A DNA stretch of 63,566 bases, the filler included, from Choristocarpus tenellus KU-1152 (Eukaryota; Protista; Phaeophyceae): assembly GCA_964200185.2 (NCBI GenBank). It is 13 parts of 13 records of this genome, joined end to end, with 100 filler letters (N's around TTAATTAATTAA, not from the genome) between each part and the next. Parts side by side here need not be neighbours in the genome. Positions count along the whole stretch, not along the records: positions 50,102 to 53,070 come from CAXNAD020023282.1; positions 53,171 to 56,343 come from CAXNAD020021790.1; positions 56,444 to 59,691 come from CAXNAD020021277.1; positions 59,792 to 63,566 come from CAXNAD020017992.1; 9 more parts are not named here. One strand, written 5' to 3'. Numbering within the stretch: the stretch's first letter is position 1; every line of letters starts with the position of its first letter. A program made the position numbers and the translations under genes. The notes under the pieces are model-generated. The model did not search any database. It had not been told where the DNA came from and worked only from the letters and a program-made list of their open reading frames with translations. Below are positions 50,002 to 61,599 of this stretch, one piece after another.

Positions 50002-51304
50002 NNNNNNNNNNNNNNNNNNNNNNNNNNNNNNNNNNNNNNNNNNNNTTAATTAATTAANNNNNNNNNNNNNNNNNNNNNNNNNNNNNNNNNNNNNNNNNNN
50101 NATTAAGCAGTCGCTTCGACGATTGATTCCCAGCTAACCCTAACCCTAATTACTACAAAATCGATATTATACCATATAGATTATGTGCCGCTTTTTTAGG
50201 CATACCCATGGGTGAACAAAATCGGTGTAGGTACTGTACAGTATATTAGTACACTACAGTTTATGGTGGTTGCGGTTGATTGTTGGTTTTCTCATCAACA
50301 ACGATATCCAAAATTCAAACCATCATTTATTCCCTCCACCTCATTTCTCAGTAGGATATTATGTATACGTTGTACAATGGTATTCCATGTATGCCATCTC
50401 CAAACTGAACATGGTTGGTTTGGGATCAACTAATTCTTGGCGAATGTTCAACGGTTTGGTTCCTCCATCACAAATAAATTCCTGGTTAGTACCTGTTGTT
50501 TCGAACACACCTTTATAAAGAATGTGTATCAAAATCACGGAGGATCTTGTTGTCCCGTCAGTTGCACGATGTTTGGAGGATCAACAACTATCCGCAACAA
50601 GAGTAAGTAGTACATTATGTTTAAAATGTTGGAGATGGAAATGGGAAGATGGACAGGAAAAGGAATGGTGAATGAATGTGTTCACATATAATAAGTTTGG
50701 GATTGCTATGGTAAAGGAGCGATGTCCAGAGTAGAAATTCAACAAGACAGGGTGTGGTTATTATTGGTGTGTGTGTGTGTGCGTGCGTGTGTGTGTGTGT
50801 GTGTGTGGTTGATGGAACCAACAAAAAAAATGTGATGGTAGCATGTGATGTAGTGAATGACGATTAGATTAATGGAATGGACCTGACTGATTGCATGAGC
50901 TTTTCGTTTTCAAGTCATAACTTAATACGTGCCCGAAGTCATCATCGGTGTCATAATGACTTCTTCTATTGTTCTTGAGGAAGAATAGCCATGTGGTATG
51001 ATGGCCTTTGGATTCTGGAGAGAATGCGCCAGGTACCATATAATTTAATTCCCATGATCCGTCTACCAAACCGTAGGTTCAAGGTAATGAACTGTGGAGT
51101 CAACTAGCGAAACTACATATTGTGTTCTGTTCTGACTAAGCGCACCCATTCACAGTTGGGTATTGAGGATCATGCTGCTCTCAGGGTATCATCCTTGCTC
51201 GCCCAGATGCCTCAACCCTTCTCTTACTTTCATCCTCAGAACCTCACCTCCAGTGGTTATCATCACTCCCATCATACAGAACTCTACCACTCAGACACTG
51301 TCGT

Positions 51305-51950
51305 CGTATCCTTTATGCTGACGATGCAGGCATTGTCTCCAAGATCCAAGGAGGCTTGGCCAGGATAATTTCATTGCTTGTAAAAGTGACCAATTATCTG
51401 GGCTGAGTGTATTGGCATCAAAGATGGAGAATATGTCTTCGTCCTCCTATTCAGGATGCTGAAACCATGCAGATCTAGACACTGGACCAGACCTACAAAC
51501 AAACTTACAAACCTCGGAGGAACCATCAGTGGCGATGCTGCTACTACTACTGGTGAGATCAGCCATAGAATTCAAGATGCTTGGCATTATTTTTATAACA
51601 ACAACAGGCGAAAACTTTGTGACAGGACCTTGAAGTTCTGATAGGTGGTTGGGTTACATGGACACTCCACCAGGCACATTTCTGGAACTCCACTCCCATC
51701 ACCACAAAATTCCTCCTAAACTATGTAGGTCTGCACAAAAGGGACCATACCGATCATGTCCTCTCCTACAAAGATGCTCTTATGAAGACTGTGAGAGTAT
51801 TGAGGCAATAGTCTAAAACCAGAGGTTCCTATTTCCTGGGTCAGTCGCTTGTATGGGGGATGAGTAACTTCCCAAGATACTGTTTTTTGGAGATCTCCTA
51901 ATAATGGAAAACGGAAGAAAGGTAGACAAAAGAAGTAGAGGACATGCCTG
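51305..51950 (+). mobile_element. Non-LTR retrotransposon (RTE-like LINE) reverse-transcriptase 3' remnant
   Basis: ILYADDAGIVS (YADD at 51314-51325) is followed by TNLGGTISGD...EISHRIQDAW, the YLG...EI..RI..A thumb motif; frameshifted. Confidence 0.82.
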
Positions 51951-53170
51951 CAAGAAGGCAATTTCGAAAAGTAAAAGGTTGGAGTTGAGGGTTGTAGCAC
52001 CAAGGCCAAGTATCAACAGGAGTGATACGATTGTATGGCTGACGACACAACGAGGTTATTGGTCAAATGGTATATCAAAGAAGCTGTGATAGCTTTTTGT
52101 ACGTCATACCAAAGCAACTCAGAAAGGTCACCCCAAGCCACCAACACTACTACCACTATCGCGGTCGCCCCAATGCTGTTTTCTCACGGGATGACTTCTC
52201 TTGCATTCTTTGCCCGCTGTTCTTTCTTCTCTTCCCCTTTGTGTGCTTTTTTGGGGGTTACTGTGATGTTTTTCTCCTGTGTTTTTTCTTTCTTTTTGTT
52301 ATTTTATTTCCTTCTCATCTCTTTTCTTCCTCTGCTTTGTTGTTCTTATTATGGTCGTTGCCTTTCTCATGAAGGTTATCGACCCCGGATCTGGAGAAGA
52401 TGTCGTCAGGTGACAGCTTACGGCCAAGATTTCTTGGCCGCTTTGCAGCCAAACAAGGGTGTTTTGCTGGGCCTCAACCGCATACTATGTGTTGCACTAA
52501 TCCGCGATGAAAATGTGTACATGGTAAAGGTCAAGTTGTGCTCTAGTAGTATGTGCATGTAGATAATACTCTTCTCAAATCTTCTCTGGGCTTCCTTGGT
52601 TGTAAAAGATGTGTAGTGAGAATGTCAATATATGTGTGCGTAATATGGGTGGATTTTTTCAATTGTTATTTTACTACTTGCACTTTTGTTCCTTCACGAA
52701 TGGGTAAAAATACAATGTATATAGTAGCTTTGCCCTCTGGGGTTGTCCCGCCATAACTATTGATATAGACATCGGATAAAAAACATAAAAGCATATTCGT
52801 GATGCCCATCGCAAGACCCTCCAGAGTACGAGCTTCGTTTTGTTTTGCTCACGAATTCTGGATTATTATTATTATTTTGCACATTCCTATTTTCTTATTC
52901 CTCAATCCTCTATTCCCCATTTGATGACAAACCAGTGCGAATGCCCGTCGTCACTGGTTGCCAGCCATCCCCACATTTGGTGACCAACCAGTGCAAATGC
53001 CCTTTGTCACTGATTGCCCTCCATTCCAGACCCAAAGTATCTGGGAGGGGGGGGTGGTCTACACCAAGGTNNNNNNNNNNNNNNNNNNNNNNNNNNNNNN
53101 NNNNNNNNNNNNNNTTAATTAATTAANNNNNNNNNNNNNNNNNNNNNNNNNNNNNNNNNNNNNNNNNNNN

Positions 53171-54304
53171 ACCTCTGCGAAGGTGACGTCTAGCAGAAGA
53201 CCTTTGTCCCTGTAGGGAGCTGTTCCGGCGTCCGCTAGTGCCCCTGCGTGGAACACCAGATCCATGCAGAGATTCCTGTCCTCTGTGAAAGGGCTACCGT
53301 CCTCCATAGTGCAAGGAATGCCCATCCCCTTGCATAGTTGGTGAAGGCGTTTTATCATTGGAGTGTGCTGTTGTACCTGTCCCCCTGCCCTGGGGCAGGT
53401 GCGGTCATGTCTGGTATCAACGTTTTGCCTCCTGCACCCTGCCACTGGGTACCTGTTTGATAGGGCCTCCTCCCTCCCTAGGGATCTGCGGAGTGTGAGC
53501 TTAAATTCTAGAGGGGGGTCTGGCATGCTGGTTCCAGAGATTGAGTCGAGGCCCAGGCGTTTGCCCCTTGTCCACACTGGCTCTTATGGCACGCTAGGGC
53601 TAATGAGGAGCTTTCCCTCCCTTGGTATGCCCCAATTGGAAGGCCGGCCAGTTGTGTCCTGAAGGAGTCAAAACAGATCTTGTTGAGGAGGCGTGTGATC
53701 TCGTGTTGAGCCCTCCTTGTGATCCTGGTGTCATGGGCAGCTAGGATATGTACCTCTGGGGCAGGTGCAGCGAGTGTTGTTCCCCCCCAGGTTACCCAGT
53801 CTTGCCCAATGATTTCCGCAAGGTCTTCTTATGGGACACCTGTAGAAAGGAGGGTGTGGATGGACAATCCTAAGGCCTGCATTGTAGGGCCCGTGCAAAC
53901 AGCTTGTGAGAAGGACTCACCATGCCCTTGCTGCCTTGCTAGGAGGGTGGGAGAATAGCCACCAGTGATCCTATGAAAGCCGCATGTTGGCAGTGTTTCA
54001 CATAGGAGAGGCCCAGACCCCCCGCACTTGTAGGCATCTGTGCCTGTACTTGTTGGTGGATCTCCAGGCGGAGAGACCCATAGTTGCACCTTCCCTCGAA
54101 GAAATCCGTCGCCTCTGTCGAGTCAGCTATCTCCTTTATCCTCTCTAGTGTCCATAAGGAAGTGTTATCTGCTTGCTCCATGGTGGAGCGTGCCAGGAGC
54201 AGGGGAGTGAACCTCACTAGATAGCCTAGCCGGGAGGAGAGGGACCAGGAGTTGAGGAGCCAGGCCACCTTCTTGTCCTCCATCTCGCTGAGGTGTGTGA
54301 CCAA
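53171..54304 (-). mobile_element. CRE-like non-LTR retrotransposon remnant (post-RT region and restriction-like endonuclease)
   Basis: SRLGYLVRFTP and QAQMPTSAGGLGL...HAAFIGS are followed by a C...H..C knuckle (GC...RHDRTCPRAG...QH) and E...MDLVF...LLDVT, the RLE-clade layout; frameshifted. Confidence 0.8.
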
Positions 54305-54478
54305 AGTTCGTGTCCCAGAGCTCTCATACTAATCATTGTAAATTTTTTGTAACATGGATTTTGTGCTTTTATTATGTCGCTATCTTCTTGAAAAAGAAGT
54401 TATTGTTGTCGCGTTATTATTCTTCATTGTGTTCAATTAGGTGAATATGTAACTTATCTTTTTACATTACCTCACATA

Positions 54479-54545
54479 GTATTTTATTATTATGCCCTCT
54501 GACATTTTTCAGATGTGTCAGTGGGGAAACCAATGAAAACTATAT
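54479..54545 (-). repeat. Another solo terminal copy of the 188-1121 repeat family
   Basis: attttattattatgccctctgacatttttcagatgtgtcagtggggaaaccaatgaaaactat matches 184-246. Confidence 0.85.
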
Positions 54546-56464
54546 ATATATATGTCGTTGTTAGCATAATTAGTCTTGTTTGGACTCTCCTTAAAACAGA
54601 TGTACACAATATTGTTACATAACAATTATTGGAATTAATGCCAGAAAATGATGATCTTCATGAAATCCTAATGGATACCATTCCTGTGTGTGTCTTGGAC
54701 TTGAATCTGAATGTCCTCCTGCTCCGTTCTCTGGTCACGATACGATGCATTGCATTGCTATAAAATATTGCTTAGTGTTATATTATCTACTGCTGCTGTC
54801 TGGCGTTTGAATACTGTTGTCAAAGCTTCGAGTATTTCGCTCTCTTACGGCTATTACCAAACATTTCAGTCGAATTCGTATAGTGCTTCTCTGTAGTCAT
54901 TGACATTAAGCATTTTAAGCATTCCGTTCCACTTTCCTAAGTTCTACGTATCACTCAGCAACCGCTCTCCACAATATACAACAAGCCTCCCACCACAGAA
55001 GAAAAAAAAGGTGATGCTCCAGAGCACATAACTTGATACATGCTCCACCCTTCTGAGGTCAGAGTCACACCCTCACACCTTCGCAACAAGGCAGGGTATC
55101 AGTGGATGAGGAGACCATTTCTGTGTGCACTTCACACACTCTAGAGACTCCGTATCCTTTTTGTACGATCACAATAAGTTTTTAGGATGAAAGGAGGAAC
55201 ATCGGAACGGAAAACGCATGTTATCATTGAAGTGGTACCCAACCTTCATCTGACCAATCCCTACGATACACAACATTGAGTTCTTGGGAGAAGAAATAGT
55301 TTCCCATTTTGACAGCAGAGAAAAGAAGATACAGCAGCAGCGGGGAAAACAAGTTAGGGTCGAGAAATCCCTCTGCAGGATGTGAAGTTCTAGCTGCAGC
55401 GACATATTGAATGTTTCGCACTTCCGTCTATTGTTGATAATCTCTACGGCACATGCTATCGATGCGAGTTACCTTCTACAAAAAAACAGCACTTCAACAC
55501 AAAGCAGCAAAAGGTTTGAACAGAAAAAATAACACCTCAAATGAGGGGGACAACACAGACCATCACCACCATTGCCATTCTCTTTTCCAAGTGTAGGGAG
55601 AAATCCCTCGAGCTACACTGCATGGTGAGGACACAAGATTACCTATCTACTGTGCAAAACTGGTGTGGTAGTATGTATGGTTACACAATGCAGTAACTTG
55701 CGGACAGGACTCTTGAGTTACAGCTGGAGTTCGAACCAGACCTGAGGAAAATAGCATCACATACTGTTTACCCTGTACTCCTACTGTGGCTATTGATGTA
55801 CAGCTACAGAAGAGCTTTGTAAGTGTAATCTGACGACAATCTTATCAATGATGATGCCGAAAAATGTATAAGTGCTAGTTGCTGGCAAAACATTTTGCTC
55901 GACCTTTTGCATCCTTTCGATTTTTGGCACCAATTTCCAATTTTAGTATCTTTGGGGGGAGGGGGATGAATAGCCCAGGTTGTCCATTCGGGGCTTGATG
56001 GTGTGTTGTATTATATTCCAGTTTGATGCCCGTTTGGCGAGTGACTTTCCTTCAGATTTGGTTCAGGCAGGGGGGTGGAAAAGGAAGGTGCGCTCAGATG
56101 AAGGAGACTGCCGTTACGTTCGGTAGATTCACTCAGGTGACAAAAAAATCACTACAAGTTCACACAGGTTCCGAATGGACACTTGATCCACCCTCTAGGA
56201 TACAATGAGCCTCTACCCTCTCTGTACCTCGAACTTTGAGCCAACAGAAAATTCACGATGAAGTGTTGAAATGTGCAAATTACCTTGGGAGGTAATGTTA
56301 TTTGTTAGTAGTGAAGATAAGAAGGTGTGAAGCCTCACACAGANNNNNNNNNNNNNNNNNNNNNNNNNNNNNNNNNNNNNNNNNNNNTTAATTAATTAAN
56401 NNNNNNNNNNNNNNNNNNNNNNNNNNNNNNNNNNNNNNNNNNNCCCCCCCAGATACTTTGACCC

Positions 56465-56720
56465 TTCCGATGGGAAATCCCAAACATTGAGGATACTTCG
56501 ATGGTGACCATATTGCCCCTTGCAACCTCGTACAAGGTCCATGCATGCAACCAGTGCGATCTGGTTGTCATACTCCTTCAGATGACAGAACACAGTGATT
56601 CGGGAAATTCCGAAGTCCTCTTTGACCGTCACCGTCCCTCCGAGGCATCAAAGTCTCACGCCCACTTGCCTCCAGGCATCACACCATCACACCGTTCTCC
56701 GTTGGGGTGTTTGAGTCCTG
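56465..56720 (-). pseudogene. Possible mariner transposase N-terminal (HTH) remnant, cut by an AAAGTATCT MITE end at 56444-56464
   Basis: KEDFGISRITVFCHLKEY...MDLVRGCKGQYG resembles the plant-mariner F.VS..TV.R.W...DV...KG..G pattern. Confidence 0.4.
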
Positions 56721-57528
56721 ACCCTGGACAGACTTCCGGACTGAATGATTGTTACTGAAAGGTGACGATGGGATGAGCGAGTCACTCAAACATCAAGGGG
56801 CCTTTGTCCTAGGCATCATACCAATAAACATCCATTTTGACAGTTTGATGAGGTTTTTGAACACCATCAAATGCGACTTGGTCGACTTTGCACTGGTGAT
56901 TCTCCACAGTCGTGACAGCCCACCCTCTCAAAATTTGCATGCTTCCCAATATATATGAGAACTAAGCCTCTTCCCGAGTGTTTATCACATTGATCGTTCC
57001 CAGGCGAGAACGGAGCTCGCAAGAGTTTTTGTTACATTTAATTCCGAACGGAGGAAGTAACACTTAGTGAAAATTCAACACTAAAAATAAGTGAAACATC
57101 GAGCATCGCACAGTGCCACAAGAGTGTAGTATTGACCGAGGTGTGGAACTCTTGTGGTATGGCTGGCAGATTCATGAATGGATCGACTTGTGGCAGGTTT
57201 GTTTGTCTCGCCACTAAGAACAAAAAGCCTGTTATGGATTATCTTGTGTGCCACACAACCCAACAACAGAGCTTGTGCACAAACTATGGGTGAACATTAA
57301 CCCTGACCCCTCAAGAGTTCACACACTACTTCAAACAACAAAGTCCACAGATTACAGAATTTAGTTGAATTGTGCATGAGTGAGCTACAGCCAGAGGAAA
57401 AACATACAAATATATATATATATATATATATAAATACAACTGTGACTTACGACATGATTTGACATTGCGTGGATCCCACATGCAGAATCTTTATTGTTCT
57501 TTTTGGTGCACAAGTACTAGTTGCTCAC

Positions 57529-58775
57529 CAGACAGCACACTCATTTCCCTCTTTCTCGCTGAGGAGACTCTTCAGCTTGGCAAACAGCTTGGCCGCTTCC
57601 TGGGAGTTACAGCCACAGTGCAGTGTATGTCAAAGCATGAGTGTTAGTCTCATCAACTCAAAAAGGGCGGAGATGTAATTCTGCATAATAATAACAATAA
57701 ATATAATAATAATAATATTTGTACTGATGTGAAGTCCATTGAGATGTTGTCATGGAGTACAAAAAAAAAACTCAAAATCTGCAACTGAAAATATGTATAT
57801 ATGTATTTATGTATGAAAAACAACGCATGTCATTACTGACTGGTCCCATAGGTATTGGTCCCATAGGTATTGAATTGCGCTTGAACAAGTTCCAACTGAT
57901 GGCTGTCAACTTGTGGCCTCAACTTTATTGCAATCTGCCTCTTTGTGTGAATTGCTTTTGGTGATAGATTTCTGAGGGAGACATGTAAATATCATGGGAG
58001 AGAGGCATCCCAAGCAATAAAAAAACAGTCAGCTGTGACTATGAAAACATTTGTTGTTCGTATTGAATTTACACCAAGCAGCCAGCACCCGTAAGACCTG
58101 GGCTTGGGGTTCAAGGCACAGGTCTAGGTGGAGAGCTGAACGTACTCCTCCGAAGCAATCAATTTTCTACCTGGAGTGCATAGCAAGTATGGCGTGCTTG
58201 TAGCGGTTTCCTACCTCGTTGCCTCACCTCCCAGGGGAAAAAAAGGCATGAAACGATTCCATTCCTTGAACGTTCATACCCCTCACCTCCCAATTCTGCA
58301 TTGAGACGCAGTCATACAACACTAAAAAGAAAGAGTGAGATGGATCACAATGTACCAAACAACAAGGCGGGTACCACATCGACTATAAGTCCTGCAATCC
58401 CTTCCCCTTTCCCTTCCCAACCACCCTTCCTCTTCCTTTTCAGAAGAACCCTGACCCATGCTATAACCACATTCAATGTCACGAGACTCAAGACCGCTAG
58501 CTATCCCCAGCCCACCTTCCACCCTATCCATCTCCTCCCTCTCTCCAGCAAATCAAACGTCATCTGCACCCCCCACCACACCAACATGCTATATATTATG
58601 CATCAAATTGGCCTCGCCCACCTACCTCCTCGCCCAGCTTGGGTCCCTCCTTCTCAAGCTGGTTAAGCACACGCCTGGCCTGTTCCACCCGACCTGCTGG
58701 GATAAGCTTGAGGGAGCAACAGACCTGGCGAAGGCGTAGCAGGCACTCCAACACTCCCGCATACTGTGACATCAC
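57529..58775 (-). CDS. SNF2-family helicase with RING finger (RAD5/HLTF-like), two internal exons
   Basis: Exon ~58775 (or 58763)-58626 reads VMSQYAGVLECLLRLRQVCCSLKLIP...KLGEE. Exon 57599-57529 reads EAAKLFAKLKSLLSEKEGNECAV(C). LLRLRQ.C followed by the start of a RING CxxC is the RAD5/HLTF architecture. Confidence 0.85.
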
Positions 58776-61599
58776 CTTCACCGCCGTTTATACAAGAAAA
58801 AAAAAAGGATTATTGAGGGTTGTTAGGGTTCAGACGCAGGAACGTAATCAAGTGCATAATAGGGTTAGGGGGGGTGGGGGTCTAGGAGGGGAATGCAGAC
58901 AGCGCACCATGGGACTTGGGGTTGGGACAGGGGTGGGAAGCTGATAGTGAAATAAGCAAGCATTGGACTTCACTTTCTGTATTTCCTTGTATACACACTT
59001 TCTGAATTGTGGGTGTGGCATCGACTTCAATTTTTCAGTGTCATGTTGGGCATTTCTTAGTTGTACGCGTACACTGAACAATCGGCTATGAAATCTCGTA
59101 GACGCAGGCTGCGGTTTATAATTTATTAAATTTAAATAGGGTGCATTTGCCTTGAGTAACTGCATGCTTCGCCATCGGCTTTAGAAAACCAAACAAGAAT
59201 ACCAACGAAGACTATCAAGGGGTCACTCAAGCACGCCGCTCATCACTGCTATTGTGGGAAAAGCGTGTGACGGGGGGGGGTCGAGTCAGGCAAAAGTCAC
59301 TGGCAAACTAATGAGGTCAGAGCAGCAAGGTTGGGTAGGGCACACCTAAACAAATAACTGGGTCGGGTGAGGGGTATGTACAGTGGACGGGGTTTGAAGT
59401 GGGATGGGACGAGTGTTGCGGAGGCTGGGTTCAGGTGAGTCCCCTTGATCATTTTATCTAGAGTTTAACCCGTAGCAAGAAAGGAAGGGGAAGGGCAGGG
59501 AACGGCTTGTGGGTGGAGATAGGTGAGAGGCACACCACCCTTTTTTTCTCAAGTCTCATCAAGTCTCATCAAGTCTCATCTAGCAGGAAAGCCCTATTTC
59601 GCACAATATTCACACCACTTCTACACAATAGCTAGCTGCATCCCACCCACCTACTCCCCTCTCTCCCACCAACTTTCCCCTCTTCTTTTTTNNNNNNNNN
59701 NNNNNNNNNNNNNNNNNNNNNNNNNNNNNNNNNNNTTAATTAATTAANNNNNNNNNNNNNNNNNNNNNNNNNNNNNNNNNNNNNNNNNNNNAAAGGGGAA
59801 CACAACGTAACTGTGGAACGCACTTGATGCAAGTTCCGAAGTTACTTGGATGACGTGTGCTATGATGTTCCTGTGTGTGATGTGGATCAACTGAATATCA
59901 ACTGATGCTATACTTCTATCTACTGTCATCGATGTGATGATGAGTTGGAATGCGCAATAAATAAATGAACACTAACAACCAGTGCAGTGCACCAATCAAC
60001 AGTCAGTACAAGCTGGTAGATGTGTATCATATCAACAAGAAACAAATGAGTAGCCTATGTTTTAACAATGGGAGGAACAGAAGAAATAGAGGATTACTGG
60101 GAGTACCACCGACCTTGTTGGAGGGGGGGAGGACAAAGGCGAATCTCCAGTGGCGATTGAGGCTAAAGTGATGGGGCCTGATTCTGGAGGTCCCACTTCC
60201 AGTCTTGCCAGCGCCACCCCAGAAAGGCCCAGCGACGAACTACCCTCTCCTAGATCAGGGGGGAGAGACCTTTGCCCCAGGTTTTCTCTATTCCTCCCCC
60301 TCCAAAAATAACACCAGATGGTTGGGTCTCTCCATACCTTCTCCTGTTTGCAGTGCATGGACCCCCATCAAATGATGTGCTCCAAGACTTTGACATGAGT
60401 ATGAGTGAGGGACCCCCACAAGAAGGGTCCACATTCTGTGACTTCAGCAGGGATGGGGGGTCAGTGGAGCCCTCTTCAAGGGAGGGTGTGAAGGCAATGA
60501 GGAGGTTCAGGCTAGTAGCAAACAAACCCAGGATCGAGGAGTCGACAGCAGTTATGGAGGGCTGCTGAGGAGGACTTGAAGTTGGAAGCAGAATCAAGGA
60601 AAAAAAGTAGGATGGACGACCATATTATTAGTGCCCTCATATCCACATTGCGTCTGGAGACATGAGGAGACATATAGAAATCATGGAAGAAAGGGCTACT
60701 GCTACAGAAGATAGGAAGAAAAGGATGGAAGATGGGCGCAAATTTGACGGAATGCTCAAGACCACTAGCAAGCTTGGCAGACTTTTGAGAAGAGTAGTGA
60801 TACTGTTCGGGAAGTTTTCTGTAGGAAACGGTATGAGGAACTGGTGGCAGTGAGGCTGGACGAGAACATCAGTGGTGCTGGGGTGATGTTGGGAAGTGGT
60901 GGGATAGTGGTGAAAGGGGAGGTTGACTTGGGGGTTTGGGAACAAGCAGTGGCGAAGGGGGGGTTGACTTGCGGACTTTGGACAGGCAGCAGTAGTGGGG
61001 GGATAGACTTGGAGAATCAGTTGTGATAACACAGCTGTCAGTGTAGTGCTCAGTAGTCTTCGACAGCGGTGCCATGCATGTAGGTGTACCATCGTCACAC
61101 TGGACGGCATTGGCAAATCTTTGTTTAAATTTGAGGTAAGTTTTATTAATGGAATTTATTTTCGTGTAAAGTCCTCTTATCTTGAGCTTCTGACGCATAA
61201 CCAAACAAAGCTGTCAACCCCGACCTTGTATCATGAGCTCGAGCAAGGTTCAAGTAAGGATGATGATCCCAGCGCTCTTCAGAAGGTTGATTAGGGTATA
61301 ATATTACCCACTACCCAGAACGAAGTGGGCTGCTCTTGTCCATGAGGACAATCTTTACCCAAATACATTGTCAACAACCAGTGGCAACTTATTCTTGCTT
61401 TTGACTGCTGACTTTCAATCACGCTCTACATTGTACTGACAAATGTCTCTTTGTCCTGTATTACGTCTTCCTACCCCATCTTGTATGTATTTCACAAAAT
61501 TAAAATACCAATTGTACCCTTCACTATCACATAAAGTGTCAATAGCGCAAAATGCAAAGCGTTGTTCGACAAGCAAGATCCCATAATCAGGACCTCATC

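Noticed and set aside
5763-59791. Recurring TTAATTAATTAA motif as a biological repeat or recombination site
   Set aside because: It is always centred in a 100-nt N block and gives stops in all six frames, so it is an assembly linker.
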